Below, piece by piece: positions 31,448 through 38,491 of a stretch of DNA of 64,000 nt. The first letter of the stretch is position 1, and the number at the start of each line of letters is the position of its first letter. The stretch is from contig NZ_JH636436.1 in assembly GCF_000255655.1 (NCBI RefSeq), positions 654,985 to 718,984 of the forward strand, read 5' to 3'. Position numbers and translations under genes: made by a program. This DNA is from Schlesneria paludicola DSM 18645. GTDB lineage: Bacteria; Planctomycetota; Planctomycetia; Planctomycetales; Planctomycetaceae. Below the pieces are notes generated by a model, which saw only the letters and a list, made by a program, of their open reading frames with translations, was not told where the DNA came from and did not search any database.

Positions 31448-32644
31448 TCACAACAGATTGACCACTTTGTCGGCGAGTCCCTTATCACCAAGGATGATAT
31501 TGAGCTTTCCGGCCGAAGCGATCTTTTCCAAGACTTCCAACTCGCGCAATCGCATCAGTGTCGGGCTGTCCGCCAGCAGTTTGGCCGTGTTGGCCTGGCT
31601 GCGGATCGCCGCTGTCTCTTCGCGTCGTGCGATCAAGTTCGCCTCGGCAGCCTTGTGAGCTTCCGTGACCTTGTTCATCAGATCCTTCATATCACCCGGC
31701 AGGATCACATCCCGGATACCGACCGAGGCGATCTCCAGTCCCAGTTCACCCGCTCGACGTCGGATGTTGTCCTGGATCTCCTTCGCGACAGCATCCTTGT
31801 CCGTCAGGAAAGCATCGAGTTCGCGCGCTCCCACCACGCCTCGCAGCACGAGCTGCGTGTCGCGGTACAGAGCCTGTCGCACATCGTCGGTCTGGCTGAC
31901 GGCCTTGCGAGCATCAACCACCTTGTAGGTCACGACAGCGTTCAGTCGCAAAGTGACTTTGTCGGCCGTCATGATCTCCTGACCACCAACGTCGACGATG
32001 GTTTCCCGCAGGTCAACTTCAACCAGCTTGGCTTCGGCCGTACCTTTCCAGAACGCGTACTCACCCGGAGCAAGCGAGTCGACATAGCGACCGTCGATGA
32101 AAAGCACGCCCACGTGATCACGCTGGACCGAGCCAACATCCAGGACACGGTTGGCCAGCGCCGAGCGGACAATCACCTTGAACTGTTCGTGCTCAAAGCG
32201 GACCGGTTGAATATCGATGATCTCGACGCGGACTTGCTTCTGGCCCGTCCAGCAGGCGTGCTGACCTGCTGGCAAGACTTGACTGAACCGGTTCTCGATC
32301 CAGACCAATGCTCGCTCGTTGTCCTTCAGGTCCAGGACCACGGCGCGCTCGGCGAGCGCACCAGACTTGATCATCAAGTCCAACTTCTCGTGAACGAGCC
32401 ACGGCTCACGCTGCGACACGACGTCGACACGGACTTTGCCGAATGGATCAAAGAACCAGTGAGCACCAGCCGTGAGCAGGCCTTGAAACTCACCGTCGCG
32501 GAACAACAAGCCCATTTCGTAGGTACGAATCTTGAAACGCTTCAACAGAATCACGGCAGACCTCCTTTCTGGAGGATCAATCAACGGAAGGCATTCTTGG
32601 CCTCGGGAATTCAATCGCTTTGACGATTTAGACGACAAAGACAC
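31448..32644 (-). CDS. SPFH/band-7 (slipin-like) domain protein
   Basis: RFKIRTYEMGLLFRDGEF start typical of slipin-like proteins; coiled-coil C-terminus. Confidence 0.8.
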   Translation of the reverse strand: MSLSSKSSKRLNSRGQECLPLIDPPERRSAVILLKRFKIRTYEMGLLFRDGEFQGLLTAGAHWFFDPFGKVRVDVVSQREPWLVHEKLDLMIKSGALAERAVVLDLKDNERALVWIENRFSQVLPAGQHACWTGQKQVRVEIIDIQPVRFEHEQFKVIVRSALANRVLDVGSVQRDHVGVLFIDGRYVDSLAPGEYAFWKGTAEAKLVEVDLRETIVDVGGQEIMTADKVTLRLNAVVTYKVVDARKAVSQTDDVRQALYRDTQLVLRGVVGARELDAFLTDKDAVAKEIQDNIRRRAGELGLEIASVGIRDVILPGDMKDLMNKVTEAHKAAEANLIARREETAAIRSQANTAKLLADSPTLMRLRELEVLEKIASAGKLNIILGDKGLADKVVNLL

Positions 32645-32958
32645 CCGCAGAAGGTGAAGCGTTCGCGGATCACACCAGAAAACACGGAGAGACGTTTGAG
32701 CCGTGGTCTGGCTCGGCGTCGAAGCGTGGCAAAGTTAGCCTTCATCCTGAAGCGAACCTCAAGATCCATCAGCCAACCCGTTCACGCACCGTTGCCGAAC
32801 AAGCGCCGCGGCGGAATCCACATCCTGCAAGGTGTCTTCTCATGCTGCCATCGACGCGGCGAACCACGTCGATGGCCAATCCTACAAGCGTTCACCTCCT
32901 TTGGGCTTCGTGGTCGAGCAGGTCTTTCGACCTATTCGTGGAGTCGGTTATGAGCCGA

Positions 32959-33030
32959 CGTGCTGTACGGGAGTCGAACCCGTGACTGCCAGATTCTCAG
33001 TCTGGTGCTCTACCTCTGAGCTAACGTCAC
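32959..33030 (-). tRNA. tRNA-like gene, anticodon GAG (leucine-type anticodon) but class-I length; acceptor stem with two internal mismatches (possible pseudogene)
   Basis: Good D-arm (GCTC-AGAGGTA-GAGC), anticodon arm (CCAGA-CTGAGAA-TCTGG) and T-arm (ACGGG-TTCGACT-CCCGT). Acceptor GTGACGT vs ACAGCAC has A·G and C·A mismatches. 5-nt variable region. Confidence 0.35.
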
Positions 33031-33134
33031 CAATGACTTCCGGTCAGAACCCATGTTCGGAACAGTCGGAGCAAAACTCTTTCGAGTGCCCCGACCGCCG
33101 CTGGACGGATGACATCAATGCTTTCAATCCAAAG

Positions 33135-33206
33135 AGACACCGGTGGGAGTCGAACCCACTGGATGCGGCTTTGCAGGCCGCCGCCACGCCGTGTGACATC
33201 AGCGTC
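33135..33206 (-). tRNA. tRNA-Cys (GCA)
   Basis: Anticodon arm GCGGC-CTGCAAA-GCCGC; T-loop TTCGACT; acceptor pairs with G·U wobbles; U73 discriminator as in tRNA-Cys. Confidence 0.55.
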
Positions 33207-33216
33207 ATTCAGTCAG

Positions 33217-33287
33217 TGTCCCTGCCAGGAGTTGAACCTGGTCTACGACCTTCGCAGGGTCGCGTGCATCCACCACACTCCAAGGAC
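33217..33287 (-). tRNA. tRNA-Arg (GCG)
   Basis: Acceptor GTCCTTG/CAGGGAC; D-stem GTGT/GCAC; anticodon loop CTGCGAA; T-loop TTCAACT; discriminator A. Confidence 0.6.
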
Positions 33288-33360
33288 AAAATATTGGTTC
33301 TCTCACTCAACGCGAGAACGACCTTCGATGACAAAACATTTGTGATCGCGCACTAAAAAA

Positions 33361-33431
33361 TACCCCACCGAGGAATCGAACCTCGCCCGACTGCTTCGAA
33401 GGCAGCCATGCATCCTTCACACTCGCAGGGC
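33361..33431 (-). tRNA. tRNA-Arg (TCG)
   Basis: Anticodon loop CTTCGAA; T-arm CGAGG-TTCGATT-CCTCG; acceptor pairs with three G·U wobbles. Confidence 0.5.
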
Positions 33432-33441
33432 ATATTTTCAT

Positions 33442-33513
33442 TCTCCCGACCTGGACTCGAACCAGGGCCTGGACCTTCGGAGAGTCCAATGCATTCCGCT
33501 ACAACATCGGGAC
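33442..33513 (-). tRNA. tRNA-Arg (CCG), G1·G72 mismatch
   Basis: Anticodon arm GGACT-CTCCGAA-GGTCC; T-arm CCTGG-TTCGAGT-CCAGG; first acceptor pair unpaired. Confidence 0.45.
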
Positions 33514-33599
33514 AAACAGGGCCGACGACTGGATTCGCACCAGCATGATTCCGCTTACAAGGCGGACGCCTTTCTCGATCGAGCCACGTCGGCAGTCAG

Positions 33600-33670
33600 C
33601 ACGAGCGCGAGGATTCGAACCCCATCCAGCAGTTTTGGAGGCTGCCCGCTCTCCCAGGAGCATCACTCGT
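33600..33670 (-). tRNA. tRNA-Trp (CCA)
   Basis: Anticodon loop CTCCAAA (as in E. coli tRNA-Trp); acceptor ACGAGTG/CGCTCGT; T-loop TTCGAAT; discriminator G. Confidence 0.5.
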
Positions 33671-33754
33671 GTGTTGCGTCCGCAAGGCGGGCACGAAAAA
33701 CATCGCGCGAACGATGAACCCATTCGTAACCCGTCTCGCGACGCGCATGAAAAA

Positions 33755-34402
33755 TCATTCATCCAATTCCACGGTCCAGTACGCCTCACTGAGGAACTTG
33801 GACCAGCTTCCGATCCGAACATCGTGCTGAGCATAGAGCGGTTTCCAGGTTGGACGTGTCGGCACCTTCTGCAACGGCATGTGTGCTTCAGCGGGTGTAC
33901 GATCGGCTTTGCGCAGGTTGCATTCCAGACACGCCAAAACACAGTTCTCCCAGACGCTGGTCCCACCTCGAGATCGAGGCAACACGTGATCGATCGTTAG
34001 GTCTTCTGTTCTGAGACACTCATGGCGCGGGCTGCGTTCGGCCTGTGAATCCCGATTGTCCACGCCGATGAAGCGGCTATGCCGCCCACAGTACTGACAG
34101 GTGTATCGATCTCGTTTGTAGATGTTTCGGCGACTGAATGTGACCGTGTTTGTGGGAACCCGGTCATATTCGGTCAGGGTGATCACCTCCGGCACGCGAA
34201 TCCGAGACGTCACCGACTGGACGAACAGTTCATCGTCCTGTGGGATTCGCTTCGCCCAATCAGCCCAGGTGTGCTGCTGAAAGTCAGCCGGATCGACGAT
34301 TCGTGCCCGTTCCGCAGCCACCAGCGTCAATGAACGTGCCACCGAGGCCACACCCACCGGCTGCCAGTTCCGGTTCAGTACCAGAGTCTGTCGACTCAAC
34401 AT
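33755..34402 (-). CDS. HNH endonuclease (McrA-like)
   Basis: HNH motif (YTCQYCG...IDHVLPRSRGGTSVWENCVLACLECNLRK). Start set at the internal Met (MLSRQTLVLN) so it does not overlap tRNA-His. Confidence 0.7.
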   Translation of the reverse strand: MLSRQTLVLNRNWQPVGVASVARSLTLVAAERARIVDPADFQQHTWADWAKRIPQDDELFVQSVTSRIRVPEVITLTEYDRVPTNTVTFSRRNIYKRDRYTCQYCGRHSRFIGVDNRDSQAERSPRHECLRTEDLTIDHVLPRSRGGTSVWENCVLACLECNLRKADRTPAEAHMPLQKVPTRPTWKPLYAQHDVRIGSWSKFLSEAYWTVELDE

Positions 34403-34434
34403 CGCCACCACGATTTTCTCTTTCTTATGAAAAG

Positions 34435-34509
34435 GGTGTTCGAACGGGATTGAACCGTCACCTTCGGCTTCACAGGCCGACATGCAGAAACCACTACACC
34501 ACGAACACC
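34435..34509 (-). tRNA. tRNA-His (GTG) with encoded G-1
   Basis: Anticodon arm TCGGC-CTGTGAA-GCCGA; acceptor GTGTTCG/CGAACAC; an extra 5' G (G-1) opposite the C73 discriminator, the hallmark of tRNA-His. Confidence 0.7.
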
Positions 34510-34510
34510 G

Positions 34511-34616
34511 CGCCTTCGCGCGAGAAAGTAGACAGTAGAGAGTTGAAAGTAGAACTGGTTCGCGACGCGTCTTGTCTACTCTCTACTTTCAATCAACTAC
34601 TTTCTCGCGCAGCGTG
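34511..34616. repeat. Palindromic spacer repeat family A, copy 1 (begins 2 nt upstream of the tRNA-His 5' end)
   Basis: cgccttcgcgcgagaaagtag...ctactttctcgcgcagcg with ~14-bp outer inverted repeats; related copies at 36741-36838 and 38998-39110. Confidence 0.55.
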
Positions 34617-34706
34617 CGGAAGGAGCGGGAGTTGAACCCGCAAGGCACATTAAAAATGCTCGACCGGCTTCCAACCGGTTCCCGTCACCATTCGGGTTGC
34701 CCTTCC
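34617..34706 (-). tRNA. tRNA-Ser (GGA), class II
   Basis: Anticodon arm ACCGG-TTGGAAG-CCGGT; long variable arm; T-arm GCGGG-TTCAACT-CCCGC; discriminator G. Confidence 0.55.
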
Positions 34707-34719
34707 GTTTTGACTTCAA

Positions 34720-34791
34720 TACCTCGACCAGGAATCGAACCCAGAACTCCCCGTTAGAAGCGGAGCATGATTTCTATTTCACCATCGAGGC
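34720..34791 (-). tRNA. tRNA-Arg (TCT)
   Basis: Acceptor GCCTCGA/TCGAGGT; anticodon arm CTCCG-CTTCTAA-CGGGG; T-loop TTCGATT; discriminator A. Confidence 0.6.
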
Positions 34792-34801
34792 CAAAAACAA
34801 G

Positions 34802-34889
34802 CGGAAGGCAAGGGATTCGAACCCTCATCTCCCGTGAGGGAGAGTCGCGTTAGCAGTGCGGTCCGGCCAACCGTATCCGGCTACCTTCC
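34802..34889 (-). tRNA. tRNA-Ser (GCT), class II, weak anticodon stem
   Basis: Anticodon loop CTGCTAA; variable arm CTCCC-TCAC-GGGAG; T-arm GAGGG-TTCGAAT-CCCTT; discriminator G; anticodon stem has terminal mismatches. Confidence 0.5.
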
Positions 34890-34927
34890 AATATCGAAAA
34901 GTTGAAATGCGTTTGCGCGGCATGGTC

Positions 34928-35416
34928 TCATCGCCGTTTCACGCCAGGATCGGCGAAATGTTCAATTCTTGTATGCCGTCCCGTTTCAATGTCCGCGAAG
35001 ACGTAATTCTCCGACGCGACCGGTGACCCAGCCATCCTCCGGAAAATGCCGATCTGCCCCAAGTGCAGCATCGCGTCCGCAAACGGACCTTGCAGCAGGT
35101 CCTCTTCATTGACATCGCGAATTGAAGACTCGTTGAGAAGTGACGCGTCAAGCTTTGCTAGGATCTCGAAGTAACCAAACACTTCGGCATTCCATGCCAA
35201 CATAGGCGGCTCAGTGGATTCATAGGGAACCATGAACGAATGCGCGTAGATGAGCACACCTCTCATGTGATTGAGAATCTCGCGTGGGCTTCGAACAGAT
35301 TCTGAGGGCCGGAAGTCTGCGATTTCCGGTGGCATATTCCTGAGCACATTGGCTCCGCGATATGCCAGCGCCGACAGAAAGTGCCGCAGCATGTATCTCT
35401 TCGTCGTTGTTTCCAT
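34928..35416 (-). CDS. DinB/YfiT-like four-helix-bundle protein (hypothetical)
   Basis: Start has GGAGAT 5 nt upstream (METTTKRYMLRHF...). DinB_2-like size and His spacing. Weak assignment. Confidence 0.45.
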   Translation of the reverse strand: METTTKRYMLRHFLSALAYRGANVLRNMPPEIADFRPSESVRSPREILNHMRGVLIYAHSFMVPYESTEPPMLAWNAEVFGYFEILAKLDASLLNESSIRDVNEEDLLQGPFADAMLHLGQIGIFRRMAGSPVASENYVFADIETGRHTRIEHFADPGVKRR

Positions 35417-35589
35417 CGTTATCTCCAATTGTTCCCAACGATTCGCCAAAGCGGCCTGTGAACATACTGAGTCGATTGATCCCCAATAGCGTTGAACCAT
35501 CAGTTCCAGCATGTCAGGTTGATGTCGTACTGATTGATCATGACGTCATGATCAATCGAATAACGAAATCTGAGACCTCAATCCAGAAG

Positions 35590-36254
35590 TTATTCCCAGT
35601 ATTGCTCCCACTTGTCGCCGTAAGATTCCTTGAGGCGTTCTAGGTAGACATAAGTCTTGATCTTGCCCATTTGCAAATCGCGGCCGCTTCGTCCTGATTT
35701 GCAAATGACACCCTCGGTGACACCGTATTTCCCGCAACGAACATCTTCGGCGAATGCCCCGGTGAACTTGCCACGGTGAACTTGCCACGGTACACGATTC
35801 GTGCAATCGGAAGATGTCCGAACCGTTCTACGAATTCGAAAGGCCCGAGTAGGTCTTCGTCACGTGCGACATCAAACATGACCAATCGCTTGACATCATC
35901 AAATTTATGTCGCCCAGCGAATGAATTCGCTCCGAGGTATTCAGCAAATGCAGTGAACCCTTGAACTGTGCTTTCCGAGGCCAATTCACTGAACGTGTGG
36001 GCCAAGGACGCGGACAATGTTTGACGAAAAACTTCCATCGCATCCGATAGCTCAGGGTGATCGTGACGAAACAGTTCCTCGCCGCGATCATCAATATTGA
36101 ACTCATCGCGTCGCGTTCCAAACGCATGCCAGCCGAAGTCCCGATCCCAACGGAAATGCAAATTCGTTCCGTCGTATTTTTCGAAAGCTATGCACTCGGT
36201 GAACGGGAAGTCTTTAGTGTTCGGAATCTTGCGGTAATGTAGCGCGGAGGGCAT
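35590..36254 (-). pseudogene. Rnl2-family ATP-dependent RNA ligase (nucleotidyltransferase domain), apparently frameshifted by a 14-bp tandem duplication at 35761-35788
   Basis: Motif I EKYDGTNLHF (cf. T4 Rnl2 EKIHGTNF), motif III-like AFAEYLG, motif IV LVMFDV and RGKF are in the annotated 204-aa frame (35640-36254). Motif V EGVICKSG appears only in the frame restored by deleting one 14-nt unit, which then runs to TAA at 35590. Confidence 0.5.
35761..35788. repeat. Perfect 14-bp tandem duplication (ggtgaacttgccac x2) inside the RNA-ligase coding region
   Basis: Direct reading of the sequence; the unit length is not a multiple of 3. Confidence 0.9.
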
Positions 36255-36343
36255 GGAGGAATCCTGGCTATCGACCTGATCGCTTTTCCTGTTTGCGTAC
36301 TTGGCCGTCTACTTTCACGGTCGGGTGCCTGCCCTGTCTGCAG

Positions 36344-36428
36344 TGACCAAGGGGAGAGTCGAACTCCCAAGCCCACGAGGGGCACGACGTTCTGAGCGTC
36401 GCGTGTCTACCAGTTGCACCACTTGGCC
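36344..36428 (-). tRNA. tRNA-Leu (CAG), canonical class II
   Basis: 3-bp D-stem with 11-nt loop containing GGTAGA; anticodon arm CGACG-CTCAGAA-CGTCG; 16-nt variable arm (GCCC-CTCGT-GGGC); discriminator A. Confidence 0.7.
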
Positions 36429-36436
36429 ATAATCAG

Positions 36437-36509
36437 TGACCCGTGCGGGATTTGAACCCGCGTTGCCGGCATGAGGGGCCAGCATCCTGAACCGCTAGAA
36501 GAACGGGCC
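36437..36509 (-). tRNA. tRNA-like gene with atypical anticodon loop CCCTCAT (C33; anticodon CTC/Glu-like or CAT-like)
   Basis: Good acceptor (GGCCCGT/ACGGGTC), T-arm GCGGG-TTCAAAT-CCCGC, 6-bp anticodon stem; identity unresolved. Confidence 0.35.
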
Positions 36510-36519
36510 GTTGTTCGAG

Positions 36520-36600
36520 TGCGTCGGGCAGGAGTTGAACCTGCACTGCACGAGGCGGGTGGGTTACAGCCACTTGGGCACGCCAATGCCCAGCCGACGC
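36520..36600 (-). tRNA. tRNA-Tyr (GTA), class II
   Basis: Acceptor GCGTCGG/CCGACGC perfect; D-stem GGGC/GCCC; anticodon loop CTGTAAC; 13-nt variable arm; discriminator A. Confidence 0.65.
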
Positions 36601-36664
36601 ATTCTAATTCGCGCTCACGAATATCTTGCAAACGGGTGTCGTTCGCGCGATGCACGTGAGCGAG

Positions 36665-36739
36665 TAACACGGGTGGGAGTCGAACCCACAGACCACGAAG
36701 GTTTGAGCTTCGCCGCTTTGCCGGATTGCGTACCGTGCC
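36665..36739 (-). tRNA. tRNA with CAA (leucine-type) anticodon, Leu-like D-arm but short variable region (class I length, 75 nt)
   Basis: Anticodon arm CGAAG-CTCAAAC-CTTCG perfect; D-stem CGC/GCG with 11-nt loop; variable region only 6 nt; discriminator A. Confidence 0.5.
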
Positions 36740-36740
36740 G

Positions 36741-36838
36741 CGCCTTCTGCGAGAGAGTAAAAGGTTGAAAGTCGCAAGTAGACAAGAATGGATCCGTCTA
36801 CTCTCAACTCACTACCACCTACTTTCTCGCGCAGCGTA
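36741..36838. repeat. Palindromic spacer repeat family A, copy 2 (fills the spacer between two tRNAs)
   Basis: cgccttctgcgagagagta...ctactttctcgcgcagcgtagc; shares the termini of copy 1. Confidence 0.55.
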
Positions 36839-36839
36839 G

Positions 36840-36913
36840 CGTCCTCGATGGGATTTGAACCCACGTCTCCACCGTGACAGGATGGAGAGCATTCCAGGCT
36901 GCTCCGCGAGGAC
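36840..36913 (-). tRNA. tRNA-Asp (GTC)
   Basis: Acceptor GTCCTCG/CGAGGAC perfect; D-arm GAGC/GCTC; anticodon loop CTGTCAC; discriminator G. Confidence 0.7.
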
Positions 36914-37034
36914 TTTTTCACGCGCGATCAAGATGGGAATGGAAATCAGTGTCGACCGCGCGTTGATAATTAACTCACCTCCCAACGCGCGAGTGACTGG
37001 GTCTGCGCAACCCATCACCGACGCGCACTAAACG

Positions 37035-37108
37035 TAGCTCAGGTGGGAGTCGAACCCACAGCATCCCTGGTTCTAAGCCAAGGTGGTCTGCCGATTGCCT
37101 ACCGAGCC
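37035..37108 (-). tRNA. tRNA with TAG (leucine-type) anticodon and short variable region; weak D-stem
   Basis: Anticodon arm CTTGG-CTTAGAA-CCAGG; T-arm GTGGG-TTCGACT-CCCAC; 6-nt variable region; discriminator A. Confidence 0.45.
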
Positions 37109-37121
37109 ATGTCTTGTTTGA

Positions 37122-37194
37122 TGCCCAGAGCGGGATTTGAACCCGCAAACACTCGATCTTAAGTCGAGTCACTCACACGTTGGCGTACCTGGGC
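37122..37194 (-). tRNA. tRNA with TAA (leucine-type) anticodon and 5-nt variable region (73 nt)
   Basis: Acceptor GCCCAGG/TCTGGGC; 3-bp D-stem plus 10-nt loop; anticodon arm CTCGA-CTTAAGA-TCGAG perfect; T-arm GCGGG-TTCAAAT-CCCGC; discriminator A. Confidence 0.5.
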
Positions 37195-37206
37195 ATGTCA
37201 TCGAAG

Positions 37207-37278
37207 TAATCCCGGATGGACTCGAACCATCGTTACCTGGGTGTAGGCCAGGCGTCGTCGCCGCTGGACCACGGGATC
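37207..37278 (-). tRNA. tRNA-Val (TAC) with C33
   Basis: Anticodon arm CCTGG-CCTACAC-CCAGG (position 33 is C); T-arm GATGG-TTCGAGT-CCATC; discriminator A. Confidence 0.5.
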
Positions 37279-37288
37279 AAATAAAAAA

Positions 37289-37359
37289 TGGACTTATCGG
37301 GAATCGCACCCGAATTTTTGGTTTGCAGGACCGATGTCTTCCTGTTGGACCATGAGCCC
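37289..37359 (-). pseudogene. Degenerate tRNA-like element (non-canonical T-loop TGCGATT, acceptor and anticodon-stem mismatches; loop CCTGCAA)
   Basis: Only partial cloverleaf complementarity. Confidence 0.25.
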
Positions 37360-37379
37360 GATTGTTCGTCGCCAGCGAG

Positions 37380-37465
37380 CGGAAGCCGTGGGGCTCGAAC
37401 CCACAAGCGGGATGTTCCCGCCGCCTGTTTTCAAGACAGGTTCCTCATCCGGCCGGATGACTTCC
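37380..37465 (-). tRNA. tRNA-Ser (TGA), class II
   Basis: Acceptor GGAAGTC/GGCTTCC; anticodon arm CCTGT-CTTGAAA-ACAGG; variable arm GCGGG-AACAT-CCCGC; discriminator G. Confidence 0.6.
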
Positions 37466-37477
37466 GTAATCTGTAAA

Positions 37478-37551
37478 TTGTGGGAGTTGGAATCGAACCA
37501 ACGCCTCCGGGTTCAGAGCCCAGCATCGCCACCAGCAGCGACTATCCCGCA
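37478..37551 (-). tRNA. tRNA-Gln (CTG)
   Basis: U1-A72 first pair as in tRNA-Gln; D-stem GTCG/CGAT; anticodon arm CTGGG-CTCTGAA-CCCGG; one C3·A70 mismatch. Confidence 0.55.
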
Positions 37552-37627
37552 ATGAATTTGATTGAGACAAGACACTCGTACTTTCCAAGGGTTCGTGTGC
37601 TACCGTGGTTCTCGGTAAACTGATGGA

Positions 37628-38101
37628 ATGGATGTGAACTGTGCCAAGCAGATGTTCTTTGCCTACGACGGGTCGCGTTTCTACATGTCGCGAAACGGAG
37701 ATGAGGACAAATACGCTCAGATGCAGGTCCCAGCATCGATCGAAGCACAATGGTTGGATGAGTTGACATCTCGCAAACTCGATCAACTCATTTCTTCGGC
37801 AAATTGGATGGTTGTACATTTTCTCCTTCATCATTCCGACTTCCGCCAATTGGACCGACTCGCCGCAGCTGCGCCATTGGGAACTCTTCAGGAGAAATGT
37901 GCATTTCTTGAGGAACTCCTAAAATATGTACAGCAATGTTGTGGAGCATATGAGTCCAGTCGTCTCGCTAACGTTTGCGATTCAATTCTTCGAGATGCAT
38001 TCACGTTGCGAAAGCGGGCTCGGGCGAAGAATTCCCTTGCTCGAATTGAACGCCTCGTCGAGAACGCCGAAAAGTTTGTCGCGACGTTGCTCTCAGATTG
38101 A
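37628..38101 (+). CDS. Hypothetical protein (157 aa) in a lower-GC segment inside the tRNA array
   Basis: Intact ORF on the opposite strand to the array with no overlap with tRNAs; no recognisable motif. Confidence 0.4.
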   Translation: MDVNCAKQMFFAYDGSRFYMSRNGDEDKYAQMQVPASIEAQWLDELTSRKLDQLISSANWMVVHFLLHHSDFRQLDRLAAAAPLGTLQEKCAFLEELLKYVQQCCGAYESSRLANVCDSILRDAFTLRKRARAKNSLARIERLVENAEKFVATLLSD

Positions 38102-38104
38102 TGA

Positions 38105-38178
38105 ATTGCGGGGGCAGGAATCGAACCTGCGCCTCCGGGGTCAAAGCCCAGCATCGCTGCCAACAGCGACTACCCCGC
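38105..38178 (-). tRNA. tRNA-Gln (TTG)
   Basis: Acceptor TGCGGGG/CCCCGCA perfect with U1-A72; anticodon arm CTGGG-CTTTGAC-CCCGG; T-arm GCAGG-TTCGATT-CCTGC. Confidence 0.7.
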
Positions 38179-38185
38179 AATGGAA

Positions 38186-38257
38186 GAGGGACGGGTGGGA
38201 CTCGAACCCACGCGCTGGTGCTTAACAAACACCTGCTCTGCCGCTGAGCTACCGACC
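38186..38257 (-). tRNA. tRNA-Asn (GTT), T4·T69 acceptor mismatch
   Basis: D-arm GCTC-AGCGGCA-GAGC; anticodon arm GGTGT-TTGTTAA-GCACC; T-arm GTGGG-TTCGAGT-CCCAC. Confidence 0.55.
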
Positions 38258-38264
38258 CAATCGA

Positions 38265-38336
38265 GAGTGCCCTGCGGGAATCGAACCCGCCTGTCCAACT
38301 TGGAAGGCTGGCACCTCTGCCGATCGGTCAAGGGCA
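38265..38336 (-). tRNA. tRNA-Gly (TCC)
   Basis: Acceptor GTGCCCT/AGGGCAC perfect; anticodon arm CCAGC-CTTCCAA-GTTGG; U73 discriminator. Confidence 0.65.
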
Positions 38337-38359
38337 CATATTCTTTCCTCAAGTCGGAA

Positions 38360-38491
38360 GCCGTGGGACTCGAACCCACAATCCCGATTCTCGGGACACC
38401 TGCTTTCGAGCGTTGTACATCTATCGCGGCTTCAGCCTTCATCCTCGCTTTCGCTCGGCCGCAGGCCTTGCTTCCAGCCGGATGACTTCCA
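38360..38491 (-). tRNA. tRNA-Ser(CGA)-like gene with a ~50-nt insertion between anticodon-stem position 31 and the loop (intron-like or disrupted)
   Basis: Ends match tRNA-Ser(TGA) at 37380-37465 (GGAAGTCATCC... / ...GTGGGTTCGAGTCCCACGGCTTCCG). Stem CCTGC/GCAGG encloses the 50-nt insert followed by a canonical loop CTCGAAA. Variable arm TCCCG-AGAAT-CGGGA intact. Confidence 0.3.

Noticed and set aside
32940-32958. Hairpin GTCGG-CTCATAA-CCGAC resembling a tRNA-Met anticodon arm just 3' of the GAG tRNA-like gene
   Set aside because: No D-arm or T-arm accompanies it (the flanking hairpin AGGTC-GAAA-GACCT is a tetraloop, not a T-loop). Treated as coincidence or a remnant, not a tRNA.
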